A stretch of 64,000 nucleotides of DNA from Eledone cirrhosa (Eukaryota), in NCBI GenBank assembly GCA_964016885.1, contig OZ024742.1:338458001-338522000 (forward strand). Reading direction: 5' to 3'. This document shows positions 11,385-28,931 of this stretch, piece after piece. Positions within the stretch are counted from its first letter, which is position 1. Every line of letters begins with the position of its first letter. The position numbers and the translations under genes were made by a program. The notes beneath the pieces were generated by a model that was not told the origin of the DNA, searched no databases, and saw only the letters and a list, made by a program, of their open reading frames with translations.

Positions 11385-11720
11385 TTATTCACAGTTGTAT
11401 AAATAATACAAATTAAAAAAGAAAGAAAAATAAAGCACCACATCTTGGAACACACATCAAAAGGCAAGTAAAAGTGGTGGACAAATGAACTGCTGCCAGA
11501 ACAAAAGCTAACAATACCGCAAGGAGCACTAGAATCACTCTAATAACTTTTTAAACCTGCCAGCACGCTTGCAGCATTACCTTGGGTGATGGCGAAACTG
11601 ATGCTCTTCAACAGCCAAGCGTCTTCACGAACATCAGTTACCTCGGTTAGGCGTGCTGCCAGTGATGTCAAGAACATCGCAGTCAACGGCCAGGTTTTAG
11701 GTGCCCCCTCACACAAAAAA
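11385..11720 (-). mobile_element. CRE-clade element 3' end
   Basis: WLLKSISFAITQGNAASVLAG (QRGNA-type RLE C-terminus) plus 3' UTR; related UTR copies at 12765-12945 and 28595-28770. Confidence 0.7.
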
Positions 11721-12099
11721 TTAGAATACACTTTTTTTTTTTTTCCCCGAAGCTAAACTCTGCTCGTTGCAGACTGTGCATTAACATGATATTTTTCTCC
11801 ACAAAGTTCGACCACCAGCAGCAGAGTTTAAAGAGCAAAGATCAAGTCCAGTCCATAAGTTGACATTATCAAGCCATCGTTTTGGCTGCCAGCCTCTGCT
11901 TCTCTTACCAGCCAACCTTCCAATTTTACATATCAAAGTTAGCTTGGTGCAAGTAACTGGAATTTAAAATTTATGGATACAGGTGTTAAATTCTAACCAT
12001 CCTAAAACTAAAGGGCCCAGCTGGAGACATAAATAAAGTGCTACGGCCGCCGTCGGTGGTGCCCCCCCCCCCCCCCCCCCAATTAAATCCAGCCCTGTC

Positions 12100-12620
12100 T
12101 ATAGCTATATATAATATAAAAGATTAGAACTCCGATCACCCTTTTGAGAAATCTGGACTAGCCACAATGGCACATGCTTAACAATCAGGTGGAAGACGAA
12201 CCATTCTCGAGGTTAATATTCTTGGAGGCAATCATCAAGGAAAACATGCATTTATTCCCAAGATTCGCCTCAATCCTTTCTCTACCAAGCTGTCGTTCAA
12301 ATTCTCAACATGTCAGTTCCCTGTTAGAGCCATTTTTGCTATGACCTACATAAAGTTTGGGGTCAGAGTCTCAAATATGAGAGAATCAGGTTTTACGCAT
12401 GGACAGTTATATGTAGGAACACCTAGAAATTTTTATACATAATACAAAAGAGATGTTTGTTGGTTGGTGTCTTCGCGCATCACACAAAAACAAAAACTGA
12501 CAATGGAAAAGTAAGTGCACCAATGGAATAAGGATATCTAGGAAGTTTTATTGTTACTTATTTTATAAAATTAAAGAAAAACATCCCGGGTATGTTAAGC
12601 AACCCGACTGCTATTTCTAG
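12100..12620 (+). mobile_element. Helitron remnants (Pif1 fragment plus short non-autonomous end)
   Basis: LLRNLD..HNGT..AFIPKIRL..QFPVRAIFAMT..GQSL..HGQLYVG; CGGGT/ACCCG hairpin followed by CTAG at 12617-12620. Confidence 0.7.
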
Positions 12621-13099
12621 CAGTTTGGGAGACAACCATAAGGGATTATTTCTGTGTGTTCGTTGTCAGCGATGTACGTGTTTCGCTGCCAGCGCCTCAG
12701 TGGAATCGAACGCTGATTTACACACATACTAACATTTACACATACATACATTTATATATAATTATCTTTTTCACAATTGTATAAATAATATCATAAATAA
12801 ATAAAGGAAAGGAAAAAAATCACCAGCAGGTAATACACACATCTTCGACCACATACACCAAAAGGCAAGCGAAAATTGTGGACAAACGAACTGCTGCCAG
12901 AACAAAAGATAAGGATATCGTGAGGAGTACTAGAATCACTCTAATTTAGAAAGAAGGCTAGCAATGGAAAATCGATTATATCGATACCAAGGCTTGATTG
13001 GTACTTTATTTTATCGACCTTGATGGGATTTGAACTCCTCGTCACTCATCACCTTACACTAACCTGTCCTCCCTCACGTCTCAATATTGACTGCGGAAT

Positions 13100-13481
13100 C
13101 AACACAAGTGGATAAGTTCCTTCAGAATGAAAATATAAACAGAGCATATAAATAAATTTACAGTAGAATAACATAACAAATATGTTTTAAATATATACAT
13201 AAATAACATTACAAATACCTCGGTAACACTTCAAATTTAGATTACATAATGGAAGATATATTCCTTCAATATTAAAGAAAATGTAAAAGAAGGGGTGAAC
13301 AACAGAGCAAAAGACAGCAACGTCGCGAGTACTGGGCAACCTCTCTAATGATTTTTGAGGCAAGCCAGCACACTCGCAGCGTTGCCTCAGGTGATGGCGA
13401 GGCTGATGCGCTGAAACAACCAAGCACCCTCGCGAGATTCGCCAATCACCTCTATTAGGCGAGCCCAACTCCCCCAAACAT
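13100..13481 (-). mobile_element. 5'-truncated CRE-clade insertion in putative promoter of copy 2
   Basis: AWLFQRISLAIT*GNAASVLACLK; 9-bp TSD CTGCGGAAT at 13091-13099 and 13482-13490; empty site at ~28932. Confidence 0.8.
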
Positions 13482-13699
13482 CTGCGGAATTATATTCTCA
13501 TTTATTTCCGCTCTGTATCACGTTTGGGAGTCAAAATATTTTGGTCTGAATTTTTACATCTTTTCACTTCTCACCTTTCTGATATAAAGTATCTTTATCT
13601 GAAATATATTATCTGTCCCACACGGAACATATGAGATTAACAATAGAGAAATATTTGAATTGAAAAACTACCGGAGGAACATACGAAGAAGAGGTTAGT
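13482..13699 (+). promoter_or_regulatory. Putative promoter/non-coding first exon of ZNF copy 2
   Basis: Non-TE block duplicated at 28932-29149; ends GAG|GTTAGT (GT at 13694-13695). Confidence 0.5.
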
Positions 13700-13930
13700 A
13701 ATTTTGAAAGAAGTTGTTTGTGAAATTTTATTAATAAACGTGAATTGTTGGTGATATTCTGTGTAACTTACAACATATAAATATATATGAATAAATAATC
13801 TACAAACGATCAACGTGACAACATCTGTTTAATTAACAAAATTACATCTTTTAATATTTGTTTTAGTTATTTTATTAAATGTTTAGGATATTAGTATCAG
13901 TGTATATATATTATCAAGAATGACAATAAA

Positions 13931-14255
13931 TGCAGGTGAGTGTTGTGACATGGTTTTACTTCACAGAAGTCAAATAAATTAATATAAATAATTGTTACCA
14001 CATGTTGATGGTCAGTTGGTCAGTGTGGAGAAGAACAGAAATCTTCTCTTGGTAAGGTTCAAGTGTTTCTCTAGGCTGCCGGTGTTCTTCTTGTTGCGGG
14101 CGAAGGAAATGAGACAGAATTGCCTCACGTTCTCAAATATATAGTCCCCAGGGGGACGCAACTCCTATACGTATCCCCCCACTAGGAGTTGCGACCATTG
14201 CAAAGTGACGCAACTCCTATACGTATCTGAGTTACAGCCGTAAGGGGCCGCTACA
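13931..14255 (-). repeat. 3' LTR of the Gypsy element
   Basis: Termini TGTAG...CTGCA on the minus strand right after the PPT; TATA-like and AGTAAA motifs; repeated GACGCAACTCCTATACGTATC. Confidence 0.7.
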
Positions 14256-17200
14256 GTACCCTCCTCCAGACGCTAGGCAAAAAGCCCGAAGGTAACTGTA
14301 GCGAACCCACAAGCATGGGGCTCCCAGCACAGGCATGAAATATCAACGCAAGGGGTACATGTATAAATCAGGCATGAAATGGTAACGAAAAGGTACATGG
14401 TAATACAATAAAGAGAAAAACAAAAAAAAGCTCCAGTAGCCAGTTCACATGAAAACAGTTTGGCAGAGTTTTTTGGGCCAGTGGACTCTTCGACCGGAAC
14501 AGGTCGTGGTCTTGTATGTAGGTGAAGGTAGGGCAGAAGGAGCAGGTGTATGCACAAGAGAGAAAGATTGGGGTATTTATGACTTGGGTGTATGAGCGTC
14601 ATTGTATGCTCTTTTTAGTCTATCCACCGAAATTGTCTCTCTGGACCCCTTAATGTCTACTGTGAAATGTTTGTCAGTATGTGCTAATACACGGTAGGGT
14701 CCAGAGTACGGTTGTGTGAGGGGTGGAGTTACCGCATCGTTTCTGACGAATACATGTGTCCACGAGGCAATATCCCTCGAGACTGCAGCTTTAATAGTTT
14801 GTTTCCTAGTATTCATGGGCGGTAAGTCCTGAAAATAGGAGCGCAAACAAGATACGCAAACAGAGTCCTGGAAAGCAAGATCAACAGGGCAACGCTAGAG
14901 GAGCACCATACAGTAATTCAGCCGGGGAGAACCCAAGGTCCTCCTTTATTGATGACCGAATTCCTAACAACATAATAGGAAGGTACTCGCTCCAACGTTG
15001 AGAGTCTGGATAGGCGCGAAGAGTGGCTTTTAATTGGCGGTGGAATCGTTCCACCATTCCGTTTGAAGCAAGATGATAAGCTGTGGTCCGAATGCATTGA
15101 GCACCAATGATCTTTGTGAGCTCAGAGAAAAGATGAGACTCAAATTGTCTACCACGGTCTGTGGTGACTACTTGGTACCCCAAAGCAGGTAATCCACCCT
15201 GATACCAGGGCACGCGCTACAGTCTCAGCAGTTATATCTTGTAAGGGGATGGCTTCAGGCCATCGCGAAAAACGATCGATACAGGTCAAGAGGTACGAAT
15301 ATCCACTGCTGTATGGCCAAGGTCCAACGATATCAATGTGGATGTGTTGAAACCAAGCATCTGGAGTACTGAAAGTACCAAGTGGAGTCCGGATGTGTCT
15401 GGATTTTAGATCTCTGACACTGTAATTTCTCACCTCATATTGGGCCAGAAAAATTAGCCGTTATAAGCTTTACTGTGACAGAAATTCCAGGGTGAAAAAT
15501 GCTGTGCAAAGCAAGGAACACAATTCAACGGTGAGTCTCAGGAACAAATGGTGAATCCGTAGATACATCACATAGAATCTGCCTGTCGGTGGTCGACAAG
15601 GGCAGATATTTGAAGATGCAAGTCGCAAATTTGGCAGAAAGTGTATCCAACGATTGGAGTGCAGGTTGGTCTGCAGCTAAACGACCTAAGTCGATCTACC
15701 TGGGATGACGTGATGGAGCTTATTGGCAAACGTGACAGTGCGTCTGCAGCTATGTTATGTGAGCCAGCAATGTGCTGGATATCATTTGTAAATTGCGAAA
15801 CGTAGTCCAGGTGCCTTGTCTCTCTGGGCGAATATGTCGGCTTTAGCCCTCAAAGCGAAGGTCAGGTTTATGGTCGGTTAAAACAGTAAAATTTCACCCC
15901 TCAAGAATATGAGAGAAATGTTTCACTGACAGATATATGGCTAATAATTCCCGCACAAACGTGCTGTAACGCGTTTCTGCTGGTTTCAGCTTCCTCGAGA
16001 AAAATGTCAAAGGTTGTTCGTTTCCAGCGTTGAACTGCTGTAAAACTGCTCCCACAGCGGTATCAGATGCATCAACACAAAGTGAAAGCTTGGCCTCTGG
16101 TACCGGGTGCGCTAGCAAAGATGAAGTAGCGAGTGCTGTCTTGACAGTCTGGAAGTCTTGAAGCTGTCCTTGTGTCAAGGAAATATCTTCATTCTTCTTA
16201 TGACGATTTTTCAAAATGTCAGTAAGGGAAGATAGCAAATTAGCACAATGAGGAACGAAACGCCTATAGAAATTGATTAGGCCTAAGAAGTGACGCAACT
16301 GGCGAAGTGTAGTAGGTGGAGGTAAATCCTGTATGGCTTGAACTCGCTGAGGGAGCGGCCTAATACCTTCGGCGTCGATGAGGTGGCCTAAAAAATTTAG
16401 CGAAGTGGAACCGAAAACACACTTTGCGGGATTCACACGAACGCGGTAATCCTGAAGTCGATGAAATAAGAGATGCATGTGGCGCATATGCTCTTCCGGA
16501 GAGGAACTAGCGACGAGAATATCGTCTATGTAAGCATAAACGAAGTTCAGACCACAAGTGACTTCGTCTATGAACTGCTGAAAAGTGCTAGCGGCGTTCC
16601 TGAGTCCGAAAGGAGTTGTAATCGCCGTTTTCGGAATATCCTCCTTCCTGACCGGAATTTGGTGGTAGGTTCGCACTAAATCTAGTTTTGAGAAAATCTT
16701 ACACCCTGCAATGAAGATGCGAAATCCTGGAGATGGGGAATGGGATACCAATCCGGGACGGTCATAGCATTTAACCTTCTATAATCCCCAGTGGGTCTCC
16801 AGTCCCCGGAAGTCTTGGGCACCATATGTAACAGAGAAGCCCAAGGGCTCGTAGATGGGCGAATAATGCCCAGCTGCAGCATATGGTCGAACTCGGACCG
16901 TGCTGCCTTTAATTTGTCTGCCGGTAAGCGGTGTGGATGCGAAAACACTGGAGCACCGGTGGTGGAAATGAAATATTCAGTTGAGTGTGTTGGCTCAGTA
17001 ACTCGAAAATTTCCATCGGTGAGCTCCAGGAAAGAACCTAACAACGAATGGTAGGCATCTCCAGCTGCAGCAATGAAGAATAGTCAAAGAGAAGTTGTGG
17101 AGGAAATCCACTTAAAATCCCTACAAAGATTTAGGAATTTGAAAGGAAGCGAGATTTGCCCGTACGTCTTTATAGATGAGTGATTAACGGCCTGCAGAGT

Positions 17201-17630
17201 AACGGATGACTCTACGGGGGTATCTTTCAGGCAATGGACCGGCCAAATACTACAGGAGGCTCCTGTATCCACGAGGAAACCTCTTCCCGACCTAAGGTCC
17301 TTAATGAAGAAATGGCGGTTTGGTGGCTTTATGTTGAGGTCAACTGCCCCCATCAGCGGACCTCTTTGGCTTTTCCCGCCTTATGAAACGAGCAAGGTTG
17401 CACGCAGTGGTTCGCGCTCTCAGCAAATTGCTCATGATACCAGCATAAAGATGAAGTGGTGATTTGGGATGGCGTCTAAAAGATTGAGAACTCCCGCGGT
17501 TGCGTGGGCGTGAACGGGCACCACACCAGACCTTCATCTTCTGGAGCTCCAGGGTGAGTTCCTGAATGGACTTCTGCATCGCCATAATGGCTGAATGAGA
17601 TGCCATTGTTATACCGTAGGTAATCTGCCA
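13931..17630 (-). mobile_element. Gypsy/Ty3 LTR retrotransposon, decayed, 5' end missing
   Basis: Order gag end - protease (FLVDTGAS) - RT (YAYIDDIL) - RNase H (VDASD) - integrase ([26 protein letters not shown]) - PPT GGAGGAGGG - LTR; many frameshifts. Confidence 0.95.
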
Positions 17631-17662
17631 AAAAAAAAAAATCGTCTCCGTTTGGAAAAATG

Positions 17663-19031
17663 TCTCTATACATATATATAAAACTGAAATTGTCTCTGTG
17701 TGTGTGTGTCTTCTAATTTTTGCAAAGTCTATACAAGTCCACATTTCTACTCCAATTGATTTCAAACTTGCATTTATATATCTAAAGATATTAACTGCAG
17801 CTTTTATTTTTCAATTTTCTGTTGTTAAAGGGGTGTTAGGCGCCGGTTATCGATCTCTTTGTCTCTCTTAGTCTGTCTTTTTAGATAGATACATAGCTAT
17901 AAGGTTGCGCCCTTATAATATCTGTCTGTATGTCTGGCTGTCTGCATTACGACATTATGACAAACATGGTTCTCATTGCTGACGTATTATCTTCGCTATT
18001 TTCCGTTCTTTGCCAGGAAACGTCTTCACAAACCAAAGTATCGCCTTCCTGTTTTCCTTCAGTTGCAACGTTTTTTGAAATATTTACTTCTGTGTTCACA
18101 GATTGATTTTTTTTATTTCAGAAGATCCCGTTAAGGGTGAAAGCACACGTTGTAAGCAATGTCAATGTTACTGTTGCTACATAGGACTCCCATTACCACT
18201 CAACTTTCACCTTTGTGTTCTGCATTTCCATCCGCAGGCCAACATGGAATGGTCTTCATAGTAGTCAGTTTATTGAGGGACAAACAGAAGGGTTTCGAAT
18301 TTGCCGTCCAAAAACCCAATAATGAAAAACGCTAACATCAACGCAGAATGATACATTGTAGGTCGCTTTAACCCGTCTTTTATTAATCAAAAAACTTCTT
18401 GCCAATAAACATTAACCCTTTGTGGGCCATTCATCTAACTGTAGATCAACTAAACGGAGCGTTGACAAGAATGATGGCGAATGAATCTTCGAGGTAAGCA
18501 GTTTCCTCCCGAGCTGTTAGTTCACGCAGGATTCTCTGCTACACCTTTTCATAATAATACCGAACAACGTACTGCTGGTCACCCCTTCCGCCAAAAGCCG
18601 TACAAAGCGGACATGTGCATCAGGCAGATGGATCGGGTGCAAATCTACACCAGGCCTAGGCAAGAAATTCGCAAGGGACTGCACCGACAGAGATAGAGAG
18701 AAAGAGTAACTTAGTGACAAGAGTGCGAATGAACTTTTGAGGTAAGTAGCCTACGCCTTATTGCTATTGCACTGGAACCTTCTGCCAACTTAACCTATGA
18801 CTTTCTCTTTCACATTTACTCCAATAGGCCAAAACAGAGGAGTATGAAAAGAAGGGGCTCAACAATATTTCTATGAACAATGCACGTAGACAGTTAATTT
18901 TCTCCAAATAAAACAAGTTTCCTGTTGGTATATTTTCGTGGGTTTTTAACTGGCACTCACAAATAAACGTTTCTCATTGGAGGTGCTATTACCAATGTTC
19001 TTACCCGTGCAACGCCGGGATACACTGCTAG
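17663..19031 (+). mobile_element. Non-autonomous Helitron
   Basis: 5' TCTATACATATATATAAAA followed by (TG)n; 3' CCCGTGCAACGCCGGG hairpin and CTAG|T at 19028-19032. Confidence 0.8.
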
Positions 19032-19039
19032 TATTGTGT

Positions 19040-19420
19040 TTTCCCTTTTCTGACTTACTATGTATATATTCATCATCATCATCTTCGTTTAACGTCCATC
19101 TTCCACGCTAGCATGGTGTATATATATTCCTATTTCTGACTTACTATGTGTATATATTTCCAATATCAGTCAGACTGTGTATATATATATATATCATCAT
19201 CATCATCATTTTACGTCCGCTTTTCCCTGCTTGCAAGGGTGGGATGGGAACTGATTATATATATATATATCCTATATTAGTCATACTGTCATATATATTC
19301 CTTATTCTGACTTACTATGTTTATATTTCCAATATCAGTCATACTGTATATATATCCTATATCAGTCATACTGTCATATATATTCCTATATCTGACTTAT
19401 TATGTATATATTACCATGAC
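19040..19420. repeat. Intronic AT-rich minisatellite with two short RTE/SINE tail insertions
   Basis: TATCAGTCATACTG and CTGACTTACTATG units; (CAT)n tails at ~19070 and ~19195. Confidence 0.8.
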
Positions 19421-19661
19421 TGTAGTCAAGACACTTTTCTCTAATGACTTATAATGTGTCAACAGTGAAAATATCCCTAATATTTTATTCTCTCTTTATA
19501 TATTTCAGATTATCTGAAACTGTTTCTTTACAACTGAAACATCTTCAGACTTTCACAAAGATAACAGTTGAAGAAAATATAATTTTGAAAATATTTAGTG
19601 GAATTCTCTGTTGAAAATTCGAGAAGAAAAGTAATTTTCTATTTTGTGAAGAATTTTTGAA

Positions 19662-23523
<3,862 letters not shown>

Positions 23524-24263
23524 GAGGAATAAAGTCAACACACTCCAAACTCTGTCACAGACATGTTTTCACTTCTCTCTGCTTTTTCTACCACAACTCC
23601 AGTGGCCTCTGTTCCTCATAGGTGGCAACTTTTGTAACAACTCTACTGAAGTTCTCCTAATGTACTTAAGTCACATGACACTTCCGATATTGCCTGCCAA
23701 CACTAACTACTTACATTGTATAATCATCATCATTTTCCATTGACTGTTCTATGCTGGCATGGGTTGGATGGGACTTTTTGGGGATGGGACTTTTTGGGGC
23801 AATGTTATACAGCTGGTTCCCATCTTGAAACCAATCTTTCAGTCACATCCTATAACATACAGGGACATGGTCTATGTCTTCTAAACTGGATATACTAATT
23901 TTGTTACTGTTTTTGGAATTCATCATTTTCATCATCATCAGCGTTTAACATCCATTATTTTGAATATTTTCTACTTTGATGTAAAATGAAAATAATAAAA
24001 TATGCAGGTGAAGTTATTACCACACTTGACAGTTTGTTGTTATTTTTGTGTGTGGTGATAGCAGTTCATTAGAACATTGAACATAATTTACCTTATACCC
24101 CCTATTATATGGCTGAGAAATAATCCAAACCTTGTTTATAAGCTGAGGCAAGTAATCAACTCATTATGCTTAGATGGGGCAATTTTGAAATTCTCATGAG
24201 TGGAGATAACATTTATGAATTTTTAATATTTTGGTATTTTAAATGTTGTAATCAGTATACACT

Positions 24264-24570
24264 GAGAATGAAGAACTCACAGCTGTATGGGGGCCTCCCA
24301 AAAGTCAGCTCAAAAATAACACAGAGGAGACTGAGGTTAGCTGGATATGCTCACCGACATTCAGAGTTGACTCTGCATTCAATAGTCCTGTGGGAGCCCC
24401 TACATGGACACACTGGAAGAGGGAGACCTAGGATGACATATATTGATGCCCTAAGGACAGACACTGGTCTCTGGGAGAGACGCAGGACATGGCAGCAAGG
24501 ATGTAGGATAGAGACCGCTGGAGAGAATTCGTACATGGATTTCGAGGAATTTTACCCACCCTAGATAGAA
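24264..24570 (+). mobile_element. RTE-like LINE 3' fragment
   Basis: RRLRLAGYAHRH...LWEP..GRGRPRMTYID; internally deleted paralog at 36870-36973. Confidence 0.75.
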
Positions 24571-24572
24571 AT

Positions 24573-24912
24573 CATCATCATCATCATTTTACGTCCGCTT
24601 TTCCCTGCTTGCAAGGGTGGGACGGGAACTGATGCTGGCTTGATTTCTACAGCTGGATGCCCTTCCTAACACCAACCTCATTTACAGTGAGTGCTGGGTG
24701 CTTTTTTTTCCATGGTGCCTACACGTCCACTTTACAGTGGAATGATAGGGACCCCAGTCCCTATCATCTCATTTCTACAGCTGAGTAAACTGGAGCAATG
24801 TGAAATAAAGTGTCTTGCTCAAGGAAACAACACATCACCCGGTCTGAGAATTGAACTCACAACCTTTCGATTGCAAGGCCAATGCTCTAACCACTAAGCC
24901 ATGTGCTTCCAT
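24573..24912 (-). mobile_element. tRNA-derived SINE (family B) with RTE-type tail
   Basis: Reverse complement of 49839-50277; absent from the paralogous site at ~36974. Confidence 0.85.
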
Positions 24913-25171
24913 GTTGTAAGTATTGTTAAGAGTATAGTTTTTATTTTACAACTGCAGTACATAATGATTTTTTACAACCATTCTAAAGACCTTATTCATT
25001 CAAAACAAAAAAAAAAACAGTAGGGAATACAAATTTCATGTCAAAAGTGAAACTGGTTATTTACTTCCAAAGCAAAAATATTTTAGGACCTCCTTTATAA
25101 AGAAGTTGGTGAAAATCATCAAAATATTGATCTCAAATATAAGCCAAGCTCTCATTTTAACATGTTTTTTT

Positions 25172-26419
25172 TTTTTTTACCTTATATATGACTATATATA
25201 GTAGTTATGGCCATTTACTTTCTAAGTTCAAATGTTACCAAGGTTAACTTTGCCATTCATCCTTAAAGGGTTAATAAAATAAAATAGCAGTGGACTACTG
25301 GGATCAATATAATTGACTTTGCCCTCCCACCTCTGGATTAGGAATCATTATTGTTTGGCTGTGATATCGCATGTGTCTGGAACATGAGTTTTGTATCTAA
25401 AACAATGTAGATGTGAGTCCATATTATGTATTAGTGAATATGAAGTCTGCATGCTCCATTGGATGTAGTATGGGAACGGCAAGGCATAAATGAACTGAGA
25501 GAGAAACTAGGGATAAGAGGAATCAGATGCAGTGTGCAGGAGAGGAGAGTGCATAGGTATGGACACATGATGAAGGATGACAGCTGTATAAACAGATGCA
25601 GAGTACTCAAAGTCGATGGAAGCTTTGGAGTGGGGAGATCCAGGAAGACTTAGGACAAGGTGATAAAAGCTGAGTTTGCTCAATTGCACCTCTCAAAGAT
25701 GATGACACAGCACCAGGATCTCTGGCATTATGAGTAATACAGAAGACCCATCTTCCCTGAGCACAGGCTGAAGCTGAAGCATACATATATATTGTATGCA
25801 TCCCTCCCATACATCTCTTATGAAGACAGGCTGTAGTATACATCCAGTGAAGCCTCCAGCCCACACTGTAAAATGGTTGTGATGGCGACACAACAAAAAG
25901 AACCCAGCCCACACTGTAAAGTGGTCGTGTAGGTATCACGACAAAAAGCACCCAGCCTGGATTTGGTTGTGGTGCAAAACACTTCATTTCATGTTGCTCC
26001 AGTATACTCAGCCCAAAATGAGTACCAGCAATAGCTGGGGGTTTAATCCTTTGATAGACTGGTGTCCTGTCAAGGGGATCTTTTGAACTGAGTTGCTTAA
26101 CCCCCCGAAACTGGGATAAGCACCTCTCTCAGGAGCCTCCTTGCTTGGGACAGAATTTAGACTCATCGTCATGGACATTAACCGGTGATGATGATGTGTT
26201 GGGAAGGTGTTGTGTATCGAGTGTTGTGTATTTTATGAGTGGTACATTTCTATTGTTCAGTATGATAGTTGATAGGTTGTATTTTATTTTCTCTGGGGTT
26301 GCTTCTATAAGTGGAGACAGTGAATTTGTCAAGTGCTACTTTGTTACTAAATTTATTGTTGATCGGTGTAGATTTGGAGTTGTGCAGCTGTGTAAAGGAC
26401 AGTTGGTGGATGTGTGTGT
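25172..26419. repeat. Left arm of ~1.24-kb inverted duplication
   Basis: Near-identical reverse complement of 29982-31228 (mirror ORFs, e.g. 25607-25987 - and 30414-30794 +); contains SINE and RTE fragments. Confidence 0.95.
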
Positions 26420-27329
26420 GTAAAGGACAACTGGTGGATGTGTGTGTCTGTCTAAAGGACAGTGGGTGGATGTGTATGTGTAGAGGACAGCTGGTGTATG
26501 TGTGTGTGTGTGGAGAACAGTTGGAGGGTTTGGGTGATGTTATCTGTATAGGAGGTTTTGAAGGTGTGTGTGAAGATTATGTAGGTGTAGCTGGAAAAGA
26601 CATGAGAGTCTCAATGGAGAACTACATCCACATCTGGCACAGTATAACTAGAACAAAAGTTGACGTGGGGTGGATGAGGTGAATAGGCCTGGAAAGACTG
26701 ACGGGGTACTCTTTGATCTCGAATTATGCCCAGCTTATTAATTTTTCTAATTTTTTGCAATCCCTTGGCTTATTAAACTTTGCTAATCTATCTATGAAAT
26801 TTTGTTTTAAGTAGTAGCATCCCGGCAACAATTCCGTTTCCTTAGACATTAAAAAACATTATACAAGACAAAAAAAGTACATTACGTTATAAAATATATA
26901 AGATGGGTTGGGATCTCAATATGTAAACTACTCAGTCCATCTGCTTAGGATGTTCCATTCTTCAGGCTTTTTCCATCCTTGTCCAGTATGGTGGTGATTC
27001 ACCCTTGTTTACTGCTGGTCTGGTCTTTCACCAGTTGGTAGACTTTCTTGCTGTTGTTCTTTTTCAGGTTAACTTTGATGTTCTAGCACAGTTCTTCAAT
27101 CCAATTCTCTTTTGCCCTTACCATGGCTTTCTTTATACCCTGGTTGACTGCTCCGTGCTGTTTCGCTCCTTCCACATGGTTCTTCCTCTTCAGCTCCCTT
27201 CGTCTGTCGCACATATAAGGTATGTCAGCTGTGACCCAGGTTTTCTTAATTGGGCAATGATTGCCAAGAATTGTATCCTCACTGTTCGCTCATCATCACC
27301 CTCCCCAAGAAAGCTAACCTACAGCTATG

Positions 27330-28530
27330 CCAAAATTATTGTACCATCAGCCTCATCAGTCACCCAAGCAAAGTCATGTTGAAAATCTTCCTAAACTGAT
27401 TGAAGCCACAAGCAGAAAAGGTTATCGCTGAAAAACAACCAGGCTTCCAGCTGGGGTGAAGCCCATCAGAACAGATCTTCAACCTTAGAATTATATTCGA
27501 AACAGGACCTCTACCACGTCTTTGTGGACTTCAAGAAGTCATTCGATAGGGTTTGGCACGCAGCACTGTGGGCCACAATGAAGCTGAACAACATCAATGG
27601 CAACTTGATCAGGCTGATACAGAGCCTGTATGACAGAGTCAACAGCGCAATCTACTTAAACAACAAAGTAGGTGACTGATTAAGAACCACAGTTGGAGTA
27701 AGACAAGGCTGTTTGCTCTCTCCAACTCTCTTCAACATTTTTTTTAGATAGAATTATGATAGACGCACTGGAAGACCATGAAATGACAATCAGCATTGGC
27801 GGCAGGATTGTTATGAACTTATGTTTTGCCAACGACATAGATGGTCTAGCAAGGAAGGGAAGATGAGCTAGCCAACCTAGTGGAATATCTTGACAAGACT
27901 TCCACCGCCTGCGGCATGCACATCACTAGAGAAAATACCAATGGCATCAGGGTCAATGCTGAGAAACTAGAATGTGTCAACAGTTTCAAATACTAGGGGG
28001 AAATAATTTCAGATGAAGTATATAAACCTGAAGTACTTGTCAGGTCTGCTCTGACCACAGCAGCACTTACAAAACTTAAAACCATCTGTAATGACAAGAA
28101 CATAACTCTCAGCTCAGATCAGACTGATGCGCTATTGGTCATGTCCATATTCTTGTATGCCTGTAAGTCTTGGACAATAACAGCAGATCTGGAGAGAAGG
28201 ATACAGGCTATGGAGATAAAATATTTCAGAAAGCTCCTTGGCATCAACTACAGAGACTGCATCTCCAATGAGGAGGTGCAAAACAGGCACTATGAAGACC
28301 TGTTGACCATTGTAAAAAAAAACGCAAATTGACAAGATCCTCAGGGCTTGCCAAGACTCCTGCAGGGAACAGAAGCAGACAAAGAAAGAGATGGGAGAAC
28401 AAGATCCCAGAGTGGAGAGGCATAAGACTGGGTACAACCATGAGAAGGAAGGAGAGGCGAGAGGAATGGGGGGAGCCAGATTATGTGGCGCCCCAATGAT
28501 CCACCAGAGTACGAGACAGATAAGATAAAA
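27330..28530 (+). mobile_element. Decayed RTE (BovB-like) RT and 3' end
   Basis: YHVFVDFKKSFDRVWH, GVRQGCLLSP, LYACKSW; short GATAA tail. Confidence 0.85.
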
Positions 28531-28931
28531 TCTCTTTCACATTTGATAGCATATACATTTATATATAAAAGTAAAAGTACATAATAACATTTTTTTCACA
28601 ATTGTATAAATAATATCACAAATAAATAAAGGAAAGGAAAAAAATCACCAGCAGGTAATACACACATCTTCGACCACATACACCAAAAGGCAAGCGAAAA
28701 TTGTGGACAAACGAACTGCTGCCAGAACAAAAGATAAGGATATCGCGAGGAGTACTAGAATCACTCTAATTTAGAAAGAAGGCTAGCAATGGAAAATCGA
28801 TTATATCGATACCAAGGCTTGATTGATACTTTATTTTATCGACATTGATGGGATTTGAACTCCTCGTCACTCATCACCTTACACTAACCTGTCCTCCAAT
28901 TACCTTTTTCTCCCTCACGTCCCAATATTGA

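Noticed and set aside
26690-26740. Hammerhead-like CTGACGG...CTCGAAT and possible Penelope remnant around 26130-26930
   Set aside because: Core positions violated; protein similarity too weak to call.
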